NCBI GenBank assembly: GCA_000830275.1
Contig: CP010424.1
Span: 780,001-812,000, forward strand
From: an archaeon GW2011_AR10
GTDB taxonomy: Archaea > Iainarchaeota > Iainarchaeia > Iainarchaeales > GW2011-AR10
DNA: 32,000 bases
Reading direction: 5' to 3'
Under the pieces are notes generated by a model. That model was not told the origin of the DNA, searched no databases, and saw only the letters and a program-made list of their open reading frames with translations. Position numbers and translations under genes: made by a program. Positions 24,587-31,890 of this stretch are shown here, piece after piece; positions within the stretch are counted from its first letter, which is position 1, and each line of letters starts with the position of its first letter.

Positions 24587-25345
24587 ATGGCGGAAACAGA
24601 ATTAAACAATTTTTTGGAGAAGCTGGGTTTAACAGAGTATGAAGCCAAAACCCTGAGTTCGCTTTTTAGGTTACGGGAAGCCGAAGCACCAGAAATCAGC
24701 AGGAATGCGCAGGTGCCAAAAACAAGGGTTTACGATGTTCTAGACAGGCTCACGAACAAGGGCCTAATAATCGAAATCTATGGCAGGCCAAAGAAGTACC
24801 GCGTTGTTGAGCCTGAAAAAGTTTTCAGTGAATTGATTGCCTGGAAAAAGAATGAGTTAAGGGAATTGGAGGACACAGCCAAAAAAATGGGGCCATCCAT
24901 TGCGGTAGAAATCTCAAACGGTAAAAGAGAAAAGGTAATGAAAGTAAAGGACCTGAACGATTTTTTGAGGATTTTAAGCCAAGAGGTCAGTGGAGCAAAA
25001 AAGCAGGTAATTGGATTCACTGGCATAGGGAAAGAGTTTGGCCTGCTCAATGAGACAATAAAAAATGTTCCAAGCAAGAATATTGAAGTAAAACTTATTT
25101 CGAAAATATTAGATGCGGATAAAACAATGGTCAAGGAGATGTCCGGCGCGGGCGTTTCATTGAAGCATTTTGACCACGGGCTTCACGCATATGTGATTGA
25201 CGGAAAAAAAGTGATCCTTGCTTTAAGCGATTTTGCCCAACAGCAACCAGAGTACCATTTCACTATCTGGCCGGAAAACAAGACAATGGCTAATGCGCTC
25301 CAAAAATACTTTGACCACTGCTGGCAGCAGGGAAAAAATATTTAA
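24587..25345 (+). CDS. TrmB-family transcriptional regulator (winged HTH plus C-terminal domain)
   Basis: LGLTEYEAKTLSSLFRLREAEAPEISRNAQVPKTRVYDVLDRLTNKGLI is the typical TrmB N-terminal HTH. AGGTGG precedes the ATG. Confidence 0.8.
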   Translation: MAETELNNFLEKLGLTEYEAKTLSSLFRLREAEAPEISRNAQVPKTRVYDVLDRLTNKGLIIEIYGRPKKYRVVEPEKVFSELIAWKKNELRELEDTAKKMGPSIAVEISNGKREKVMKVKDLNDFLRILSQEVSGAKKQVIGFTGIGKEFGLLNETIKNVPSKNIEVKLISKILDADKTMVKEMSGAGVSLKHFDHGLHAYVIDGKKVILALSDFAQQQPEYHFTIWPENKTMANALQKYFDHCWQQGKNI

Positions 25346-25381
25346 CTGTTTGTTTCTAAATTTTTTTGGAAGGGGCACTGA

Positions 25382-27031
25382 ATGGAAATAGAAAAAACTG
25401 CTTACAGGTACGCAATTAAAAACGCTTTCCTGCACGGGGGCAAAGCCGATATAGCTGCAGTTATTGGAAAAGTGGTGGCACTGCACAAGGACGTTGAGCT
25501 TAGAAAAGCACTGCCTTCCATTCAAGCAATGGTAAAAAAAGTTAATTCCATGCCCTTAGATGAAATCGCGGAAGAATACAAAAAGTTTGAGGGAAGCTAT
25601 GAGTTGAAGCCGCCTGAAAAAAAAGAGGGCTTGCCTGACCTTGAATGGGCAGAAAAAGAGGGGGTTATAACTCGGTTTGCGCCGAATCCTAACGGCCCGT
25701 TCCACTTGGGAAGTGCGCGTGCAGCAATCTTAAGCCACGAGTACGCGCGCAAATATGGCGGAAAGTTTCTCCTGCGGTTTGATGACACCGATCCAAAAGT
25801 GAAGAAGCCAATTCAAAACGCAAAAGTGATTTTCTTGGAGGACTTGGAGTGGTTGGGCTGCAGCGTTGACGAAATTTATTTCGCTTCTGACAGGCTGGAA
25901 ACATATTATGCGTTCATGCGGAAAGTCATAGAGGATGAAAAGGCTTATGTTTGCACCTGCGAGGTTGAAAAGTGGCGTTCTTTAACAAGGCAGAAAAAAG
26001 CGTGCCCTTGCCGCAAAAAGAAACCGGAAAAGCAAATGCAGTTGTTTGAAAAAATGCTTTCAAATGAACTAAAAGAGGGAAACGCTGTTCTAAGGCTTAA
26101 AACTGATTTGAATCATGCTGATCCAAGCGTTCGGGACTGGTGGATTGCAAAAATTGTTGACAAGCCAGAGCACCCAAACACTAATGCTGCAGGAAAGCAT
26201 GTTTGGCCCTCATACAATTTTGCTTCAGCAATTGATGACCACGAATTTGGAGTGACATTAATTATTCGCGGCCAAGAACACGAGCAGAACCAAACAAGGC
26301 AGGAATTTCTCTACAATTACTTTGGGTGGAAATACCCTCATTCAATTCATTTTGGGCGGGTTAGCTTTGAGGGAGCAGTGCTGAGCACTTCTATGATAAA
26401 GGAAGGAATTGAAAAGGGCTTGTTCACGGGCTGGGATGACCCGAGGCTTGGAACAATCAGGGCGTTTAGAAGGCGCGGCTTCAAGCCTGAAGCAATTAAG
26501 CAAATAATAATGGAAATTGGCCCAAAAACAGCTGACACAACAATCGAGTTCAACAAGCTGGCGGACATTAACAGGGAGTTAGTGCAGGACAAAACTGCAA
26601 GGCTTGAATTCATTGTTGACCCAATAAGGCTGGGCGTAAATTATGCCCCGGAAAAAGAAGTAGGGGAAGTGCTGTTAAGCCAAGGGCAACAGTCATTCCT
26701 TGTGCCAAAAAAAGAAATTGAAAAGCGCTTGGAGCGGGAAGTGTTTACACTGAAAATGGCTTACAATGTCAGGTTAACAGAAAAGCATGACCTTGATGCC
26801 CAAGCCGAATTTGTGGGGGAGGGAAAAATTGACAAGGCAATTGTTGCGTGGCTGGTTGACGGCATCACTGTTGAGGTTTTAATGCCTGATGCAAGCACTG
26901 TTTTTGGGTTAACTGAAAGCAGCTACGGGTTCAAGGACGGCGAAATTGTTTACTTTGAAAGGCTGGGCTTCTGCAGAATTGAAAAAGTAACCGAACGAGG
27001 AAGCATTAAAGCGGTTTTCGCACACAAGTAA
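25382..27031 (+). CDS. gltX: Glutamyl-tRNA synthetase, archaeal type
   Basis: RFAPNPNGPFHLGSARAAILSHEYARKYGGKFLLRFDDTDP (class I HIGH region), ...IIRGQEHEQNQTRQ...; 549 aa. Confidence 0.9.
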   Translation: MEIEKTAYRYAIKNAFLHGGKADIAAVIGKVVALHKDVELRKALPSIQAMVKKVNSMPLDEIAEEYKKFEGSYELKPPEKKEGLPDLEWAEKEGVITRFAPNPNGPFHLGSARAAILSHEYARKYGGKFLLRFDDTDPKVKKPIQNAKVIFLEDLEWLGCSVDEIYFASDRLETYYAFMRKVIEDEKAYVCTCEVEKWRSLTRQKKACPCRKKKPEKQMQLFEKMLSNELKEGNAVLRLKTDLNHADPSVRDWWIAKIVDKPEHPNTNAAGKHVWPSYNFASAIDDHEFGVTLIIRGQEHEQNQTRQEFLYNYFGWKYPHSIHFGRVSFEGAVLSTSMIKEGIEKGLFTGWDDPRLGTIRAFRRRGFKPEAIKQIIMEIGPKTADTTIEFNKLADINRELVQDKTARLEFIVDPIRLGVNYAPEKEVGEVLLSQGQQSFLVPKKEIEKRLEREVFTLKMAYNVRLTEKHDLDAQAEFVGEGKIDKAIVAWLVDGITVEVLMPDASTVFGLTESSYGFKDGEIVYFERLGFCRIEKVTERGSIKAVFAHK

Positions 27032-27045
27032 CGGAAAAAAAGCCA

Positions 27046-27378
27046 CTAAGAATAACCTAATGATTTCTCGCCTATGCTTCGTAAAATTTCGTTTCTTCTA
27101 GTTTTAAATGAGCTAAGGGCTGATCTACTATCTTTAAGGCGCCTCTCAAGATCCTTCCTTTGAAGAGTAATTGCCATGGTAGTTTTTGCCCCCTTACTTA
27201 TTTCAAGGGCAGATGCGAGCTCATCTATTGCATTTTCATAAAACGCAATATTTACATTAAGCCCCCTAAGCTCGTCTTTCAGCTTCCTTATTTTCCCTAA
27301 AACCCTTTCTTTTTTAGCTGATTTTCTTTTCGCAAACCTTGCTTTAAACTTTTCTAAAAGCTTTCTAACGGGTAGCAT
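27046..27378 (-). CDS. Hypothetical small basic coiled-coil protein (110 aa from ATG 27378)
   Basis: The only minus-strand ORF not antisense to a + gene. MLPVRKLLEKFKARFAKRKSAKKERVLGKIRKLKDELRGL... A perfect TTTAAATA on the - strand sits about 33 nt upstream. No family recognised. Confidence 0.5.
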   Translation of the reverse strand: MLPVRKLLEKFKARFAKRKSAKKERVLGKIRKLKDELRGLNVNIAFYENAIDELASALEISKGAKTTMAITLQRKDLERRLKDSRSALSSFKTRRNEILRSIGEKSLGYS

Positions 27379-27410
27379 GACTTTAACCCAAAATAATAAC
27401 AACTTCAAAG

Positions 27411-27418
27411 TATTTAAA
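27411..27418 (-). promoter_or_regulatory. TATA box candidate (TTTAAATA on the - strand) for the minus-strand ORF
   Basis: The + strand reads TATTTAAA. Spacing to ATG 27378 implies a very short leader. Confidence 0.4.
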
Positions 27419-27487
27419 CGATTACTATGTTGCTTTTTTCTTTATGCTTTTTTTCAAACCAATTTATCCACAAAGCCTCTGTTGCTA

Positions 27488-27531
27488 TAGCAAACAGCTT
27501 TGATTTTTGAGCATTAATTTGCTGTTTGCTA
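27488..27531. repeat. Hairpin H0 of the TAGCRAA family
   Basis: TAGCAAACAGC (27488-27498), 22-nt loop, GCTGTTTGCTA (27521-27531); 11 bp perfect. Confidence 0.65.
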
Positions 27532-27550
27532 GTTGCAAAATGCAATTTTT

Positions 27551-27595
27551 TAGCAAAAGACATTAGTTTTGGTAATTTCTTAATGTCTTTTGCGA
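27551..27595. repeat. Hairpin H1 of the TAGCRAA family
   Basis: taGCAAAAGACATTA (27553-27565), 15-nt loop gttttggtaatttct, TAATGTCTTTTGCga (27581-27593); 13 bp perfect. Confidence 0.65.
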
Positions 27596-27596
27596 C

Positions 27597-27639
27597 TAGC
27601 GAATGACTTGTTTTTTACCATTATTAAAGTCATTCGCTA
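27597..27639. repeat. Hairpin H2 of the TAGCRAA family
   Basis: TAGCGAATGACTT (27597-27609), 17-nt loop gttttttaccattatta, AAGTCATTCGCTA (27627-27639); 13 bp perfect. Confidence 0.65.
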
Positions 27640-27703
27640 TTTGTTCAAATACATAAGCGTTTTGCTATATTCGACGAAGGGAAAAGCACAAGGCCTTGCT
27701 TAC

Positions 27704-27750
27704 CTGTCAAAAACCACATGCCACCTACTGAAGTCGGTGATTTTTGACAG
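27704..27750. repeat. Hairpin H3 (CCAC...GGTGA type)
   Basis: CTGTCAAAAAcCAC (27704-27717) / GGTGaTTTTTGACAG (27736-27750): 10 bp, a C-A mismatch (27714/27740), then 3 bp. Confidence 0.6.
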
Positions 27751-27752
27751 TT

Positions 27753-27795
27753 ACGAATTCCACCCACGCCACCGGTTAAAACAGGTGAAATTCGT
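27753..27795. repeat. Hairpin H4 (CCAC...GGTGA type)
   Basis: ACGAATTcCACC (27753-27764) / GGTGaAATTCGT (27784-27795): 7 bp, a C-A mismatch (27760/27788), then 4 bp. Confidence 0.6.
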
Positions 27796-27828
27796 CTGAT
27801 TTAAAAACCTTGCTGGGGCAATATTTTG

Positions 27829-27836
27829 TATAAAAA
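27829..27836 (+). promoter_or_regulatory. TATA-like element (TATAAAAA) upstream of the L7Ae operon; orientation not certain
   Basis: About 70 nt upstream of ATG 27903. The predicted TSS near 27858-27862 coincides with the start of the leader hairpin. Confidence 0.4.
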
Positions 27837-27856
27837 CGGCGTTTCGCTGTTTTTTC

Positions 27857-27893
27857 TTGTTTTGCCGATGACAAAACAATTGTTTTGGAGGTG
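27857..27893 (+). promoter_or_regulatory. L7Ae 5' leader with two mutually exclusive hairpins ending at the Shine-Dalgarno site
   Basis: TTGTTTTG (27857-27864), loop ccGATGA, CAAAACAA (27872-27879), then TTGTTTTG (27880-27887), then GGAGGTG (27887-27893). 27872-27887 is a perfect 16-nt palindrome. Confidence 0.5.
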
Positions 27894-27902
27894 TGTTTGT
27901 TT

Positions 27903-28268
27903 ATGGCAGACTATGTAAAGTTCACTGTTCCAAAAGAGCTTAAGGAGAAGCAGTTTTCAGTCCTTGAGAAGGCCGCAAAGTCAGGCAAAATTAGGGTTGG
28001 AAGCAACGTAACAACGAAGGCGATTGAAAGAGGAAGCGCAAAGCTTGTTCTCATAGCGCAGGATGTTAGTCCTCCGGAGATTGTTATGCATTTGCCTTTG
28101 CTCTGCAGGGAAAAGCAGGTGCCATTCACTTTTGTTTCAACCAAGAAAGAGTTGGGGGAAAAGGCAGGAATTGGTGTAGGTGCTTCAGCAATTGCAATCG
28201 TTGATGAAGGCGACGCCAAAAAAGAGTTGGATGACCTTGCGAAAAAGCTCGCTGACTTAAGCAAGTAG
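27903..28268 (+). CDS. rpl7ae: 50S ribosomal protein L7Ae (eL8 family; K-turn binding)
   Basis: MADYVKFTVPKELKEKQFSVLEKAAKSGKIRVGSNVTTKAIERGSAKLVLIAQDVSPPEIVMHLPLLCREKQVPFTFV. GGAGGTG lies 9 nt upstream of ATG 27903. Confidence 0.93.
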   Translation: MADYVKFTVPKELKEKQFSVLEKAAKSGKIRVGSNVTTKAIERGSAKLVLIAQDVSPPEIVMHLPLLCREKQVPFTFVSTKKELGEKAGIGVGASAIAIVDEGDAKKELDDLAKKLADLSK

Positions 28269-28284
28269 GGGTTAAGGTGGTTTA

Positions 28285-28491
28285 ATGGAAAAAGGAACAC
28301 CGGCTGAAGTTGTTGAAATAATTCAAAGGACAGGCGTTTACGGAGAAATAGTTCAGGTGCTGTGCAAAATCCTTGAGGGACCAGAACAGGGAAGGGTGAA
28401 GAGGAGAAACGTTAAAGGAAATGTAAAGAAAGGAGACGTCATCATTCTGCTGAGCACTGAAAGGGAAGCCAAGGAAATCAAGGCAAAGTAG
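28285..28491 (+). CDS. rps28e: 30S ribosomal protein eS28
   Basis: [58 protein letters not shown]. Confidence 0.92.
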   Translation: MEKGTPAEVVEIIQRTGVYGEIVQVLCKILEGPEQGRVKRRNVKGNVKKGDVIILLSTEREAKEIKAK

Positions 28492-28505
28492 GGGGAATTT
28501 ACAAC

Positions 28506-28700
28506 ATGGCTAAATGCAGTTTTTGCGGAAAAGACATTCCGAAGGGCACTGGCAAAATGTTTGTGCGAAAAGACGGCAGCTATGAGAACTTTTGCTCAAA
28601 CAAGTGCGATAAAAATATGGTGAAGCTCAATCGTAACCCACAGAAAACCAAGTGGACTGAAGCACACTACAGAGCAAAGGAGGCCAGGAAAGGAAAGTGA
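28506..28700 (+). CDS. rpl24e: 50S ribosomal protein eL24
   Basis: MAKCSFCGKDIPKGTGKMFVRKDGSYENFCSNKC... Confidence 0.92.
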   Translation: MAKCSFCGKDIPKGTGKMFVRKDGSYENFCSNKCDKNMVKLNRNPQKTKWTEAHYRAKEARKGK

Positions 28701-28710
28701 AGGTGATTGG

Positions 28711-29175
28711 TTGGAGAGGACATTGGTAATAATTAAACCAGATGCAGTCAACAGGGCTCTTGTGGGGGAAATACTCCACAGGTTTGAAGGAAAGGGGCTG
28801 AAAATTATTGGAATGAAAATGGAGCACTTGACCCCTTACACGCTCAAACAGCATTACGCCCACCACCAGAACAAGGAGTTTTTCGAGGAGCTCATAAATT
28901 ATATGTCGTCAATTCCCTCAATTTTGCTGGTACTTGAAGGAAAAGAGGTCATAATTGTTGTAAGGAAAATGATTGGCGGAACGCTGGGAAGAGAAGCCGA
29001 CCCAGGCACTATCCGAGGAGATCTTTCAGTGAGCAATCAGGCAAACCTGATTCACGCATCCAGCACCCCTGAAGAAGCGCGCGAAGAAATCAAGAGGTTC
29101 TTCAAAGAGGAAGAACTCTACAATTATAATAAAATGAACTTTGACTGGATTTACACCAAAAAGGAGAAGGAGTAA
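28711..29175 (+). CDS. ndk: Nucleoside diphosphate kinase
   Basis: (M)ERTLVIIKPDAVNRALVGEILHRFEGKGLKIIGMK...PGTIRGDL...NLIHASS. The active-site His is present, and the flanking residues read HASS rather than the more usual HGSD. TTG start at 28711 follows AGGTGA (28701-28706). Confidence 0.9.
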   Translation: MERTLVIIKPDAVNRALVGEILHRFEGKGLKIIGMKMEHLTPYTLKQHYAHHQNKEFFEELINYMSSIPSILLVLEGKEVIIVVRKMIGGTLGREADPGTIRGDLSVSNQANLIHASSTPEEAREEIKRFFKEEELYNYNKMNFDWIYTKKEKE

Positions 29176-29178
29176 GAA

Positions 29179-29610
29179 ATGAGGGTTTTCATTAAAAAAC
29201 TTGGCGCCGGGGTCAAGGAACCAAAGTTTGCTTTCGAAGGGGATGCGGGCATGGATGTTTATGCGAATGAAGAAGCAGAAATCAAGCCGGGTGAAAGAAA
29301 GCTAATTGGAACTGGCCTGCAGGTGCAGTTGCCTAAGGAGCTGGAAATCCAGGTGAGACCAAAAAGCGGGCTTGCATTAGACCACGGCATAATTTTGCCA
29401 AACACTCCGGGCACTATTGACAGCACTTACAGGGGAGAAATTAAAATAATTGTAATGAATCTTGGCAAAAAGCCGTTTAGGGTGGAAAAGGGAAAAAAGA
29501 TTGCACAGCTTGTCTTCAACCGGATTGAAAAACCAGAAATAAAGTTTGTTGAAGAGCTGGAGGAAAGCGTGAGGGGCAGAGGGGGTTTTGGTTCAACAGG
29601 ATTAGAGTGA
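29179..29610 (+). CDS. dut: dUTP diphosphatase (trimeric dUTPase family)
   Basis: ...GDAGMDVYA...RPKSGLALDHGI...PGTIDSTYRGEIKIIVMNLG...KIAQLVF...RGRGGFGSTG. Confidence 0.9.
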   Translation: MRVFIKKLGAGVKEPKFAFEGDAGMDVYANEEAEIKPGERKLIGTGLQVQLPKELEIQVRPKSGLALDHGIILPNTPGTIDSTYRGEIKIIVMNLGKKPFRVEKGKKIAQLVFNRIEKPEIKFVEELEESVRGRGGFGSTGLE

Positions 29611-29646
29611 CCTGCAAGAGTTGCAGGCATGGAAGTGTGAAATGCA

Positions 29647-31401
29647 ATGATTAGGAAACCAATAATTACTGTGTTAGGGCACGTTGATGCTGGTAAAACA
29701 AAAATGCTTGATGCGGTTAGAGGCACAGTTATTGCAGAAAAAGAAGCCGGAGGCATAACCCAGCACATTGGCGCAACAGAGGTGCCAATTGAGGCTGTAA
29801 AAAAAATTTCTGGGGGGCTGATACAAAAATACAAGTTTAATATTACGATTCCTGGGCTGCTTTTCATTGACACGCCGGGGCACGAGGCATTCACTAATCT
29901 TAGGAAGCGCGGTGGAAGCATTGCCGACTTGGCAATCTTGGTTGTTGACATTCAGAAAGGTCTGCAGAACCAGACAGTCGAAGCAATTGAAATACTTAAA
30001 ACCTACAAGACTCCTTTTATCGTTGCAGCAAACAAAATTGACTCAATTAGGGGCTGGCAGCTGCACAAGGGGTCAATAAGCGACAGCTTGAAGGAACAGC
30101 ATAAAAGCGTGCTTGAAGAGCTTGACACCAAAGTTTACGAGCTTGTAGGACAGCTTCACGAAAAGGGCTTTAATTCTGAGAGGTTTGACAGGGTTAAGGA
30201 CCTCACAAAAGAAGTAATAATTATTCCGACCAGCGCAAAGTTTGGCGAAGGCACTCCGGAAGTATTATTGTTTTTGGCCGGACTCAGCCAAAAGTACCTC
30301 GAAAAAAAACTAAGCATTCACGTAAAAGGCAGGGGAAAAGGCACGGTGCTGGATGTGAAAGAGGAAAGAGGGCTTGGAAAAACAATTGATGTGATTCTTT
30401 ATGATGGGAACCTCAAGGTTGGAGATGTAATTGTTGTGGGCGGAACAAACGAGCTGATTGTCACAAAAATCAGGGCACTGCTGCAGCCCAAGCCACTGGA
30501 TGAGATAAGGAACCCAAAAGAAAAATTCAACAATGTAATGGAAGTGCACGCTGCTGCAGGAGTAAAAATTTCTGCGCCAAACCTTGAAAAGGCGCTCGCA
30601 GGTTCGCCGTTAAGGGAAATGGGCGAAAACGCGGAGAGGGAAGTTATGGAAGAAATCCAGCGGGTTAAGATTGACTCTGAAGCAATCGGGCCAGTGCTGA
30701 GGGCAGACACGCTCGGCAGCCTTGAAGCATTAACCAAACTCTTGGAGGGAAAAGGCATCAAGGTCAGGAAAGCCGACGTTGGAGATATTTCAAGGCGCGA
30801 CATAATGGAGGCTGAAACAATAAAGGAACGGGACCAGTTCAAGGGAGTTGTTTTTGGTTTTCATGTCAAAATGGATGAAGCAGCAAAAGAGGAAGCACTC
30901 AAAAAAGAAGTGAAGGTTTTCAGCAGCGATGTTGTTTACAGGCTCTTGGAGGACTACAATAAATGGATTGAAGAAGAAAAGCGGGCTCAAACAAAGGAAA
31001 AAATGGAAAAAATTGTTTTCCCGGCAAAGATCAAAATCCTTTCGGGCTATGTGTTCAGGAACTCCAAGCCCGCAATTGTTGGTGTGCGGATTATTGCTGG
31101 AAAGCTCAGAACAAACATTGAATTATCAAAGAAGGGAAGGGTTGTTGGAAAAGTGAAGGCAATCCAGCTTGAGGGAAAGGACTTGAAGGAAGCAACTGAA
31201 AACCAAGAGGTAGCGATTTCGATTGAAGGCGCAACAGTGGGAAAGAACATTGAGGAAGGGGATGAGCTGATAACTTTTATCCCGAAAAAAAAGCTGGAGC
31301 AGCTGGAAGCAGTAATGGAACAGTTAAGCGAAAGAGAAGTTGATTTGCTTGAGGAAATAAAGGGAATTCAAAAAGTTGAATTGAGGGAGGAGACAGCATG
31401 A
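29647..31401 (+). CDS. infB: Translation initiation factor aIF5B (IF-2 family GTPase)
   Basis: RKPIITVLGHVDAGKTKMLDAVRG...FIDTPGHEAFTNLRKRGGSIADLAILVVD...ANKID; 584 aa. Confidence 0.94.
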   Translation: MIRKPIITVLGHVDAGKTKMLDAVRGTVIAEKEAGGITQHIGATEVPIEAVKKISGGLIQKYKFNITIPGLLFIDTPGHEAFTNLRKRGGSIADLAILVVDIQKGLQNQTVEAIEILKTYKTPFIVAANKIDSIRGWQLHKGSISDSLKEQHKSVLEELDTKVYELVGQLHEKGFNSERFDRVKDLTKEVIIIPTSAKFGEGTPEVLLFLAGLSQKYLEKKLSIHVKGRGKGTVLDVKEERGLGKTIDVILYDGNLKVGDVIVVGGTNELIVTKIRALLQPKPLDEIRNPKEKFNNVMEVHAAAGVKISAPNLEKALAGSPLREMGENAEREVMEEIQRVKIDSEAIGPVLRADTLGSLEALTKLLEGKGIKVRKADVGDISRRDIMEAETIKERDQFKGVVFGFHVKMDEAAKEEALKKEVKVFSSDVVYRLLEDYNKWIEEEKRAQTKEKMEKIVFPAKIKILSGYVFRNSKPAIVGVRIIAGKLRTNIELSKKGRVVGKVKAIQLEGKDLKEATENQEVAISIEGATVGKNIEEGDELITFIPKKKLEQLEAVMEQLSEREVDLLEEIKGIQKVELREETA

Positions 31402-31883
31402 ACATTGTTATTTCAGACCCGAAAACAGGCAAGGCTTATTCGAAGAAGATTGAAGGCCCGGAACTATTTTTGAACAAAAAGGTGGGGCAGCAGGTTGCGT
31501 TGAACGGCATTGGCCTCGATGGCTATGAGGCAAAAATAACAGGGGGCTCTGACAAGCAGGGGTTTCCAATGAAAGCAGACTTGGAGGGGACGGGGAGAAG
31601 AAAGGTTTTACTCGTGAAACAAAAAAACAAGGGCATTCGGAGAAGGATTTCTTTCAGGGGCAACATGGTTAGCAGGGAAACCCAGCAGCTGAATCTCCTA
31701 GTAACAAAAACAGGGGCAAAAAACCTTGATGAGCTTATCGGAGTGAAGGAAAAGAAGGAAGAGGAAACACAGGAAAGCATTAAGGAGAAAATGATAAAGA
31801 AAAGCCTTGAAATGGCTGGAACTACTGAGGCAGCAAAGGTTGTTGAAGAGGCAGAACTGAAGAAAGGAGTCAGGAAAAGATAG
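31398..31883 (+). CDS. rps6e: 30S ribosomal protein eS6, with a K/E-rich C-terminal tail
   Basis: [19 protein letters not shown]...[35 protein letters not shown] overlap with infB. Confidence 0.92.
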   Translation: MNIVISDPKTGKAYSKKIEGPELFLNKKVGQQVALNGIGLDGYEAKITGGSDKQGFPMKADLEGTGRRKVLLVKQKNKGIRRRISFRGNMVSRETQQLNLLVTKTGAKNLDELIGVKEKKEEETQESIKEKMIKKSLEMAGTTEAAKVVEEAELKKGVRKR

Positions 31884-31890
31884 TGATTGC

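Noticed and set aside
27488-27795. Possible CRISPR array, suggested by the regularly sized ~44-nt units.
   Set aside because: The units are inverted repeats (hairpins), not direct repeats separated by unique spacers. Only the outer 6-7 nt are shared. No cas genes or leader are nearby.
27590-27799. 69-aa + strand ORF in the spacer before L7Ae.
   Set aside because: It has a non-ATG start and no SD. It is built almost entirely from hairpins H2-H4, so both arms of each stem would be translated. It is almost certainly non-coding.
27796-27871. A K-turn formed between CTGA (27796-27799) and GATGA (27867-27871) in the L7Ae upstream region.
   Set aside because: Only about three Watson-Crick pairs would support the non-canonical stem, and the elements are 68 nt apart. 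The CTGA lies upstream of the predicted TATA box and TSS, so it is probably not in the mRNA.
27409-27884. Replication origin (ORB-like TTCCACC / GGTGAAA elements and AT-rich DNA).
   Set aside because: The resemblance to ORB or mini-ORB elements is partial. The repeats form tight local hairpins rather than dispersed inverted ORBs flanking an unwinding element. No orc1/cdc6 gene is adjacent.
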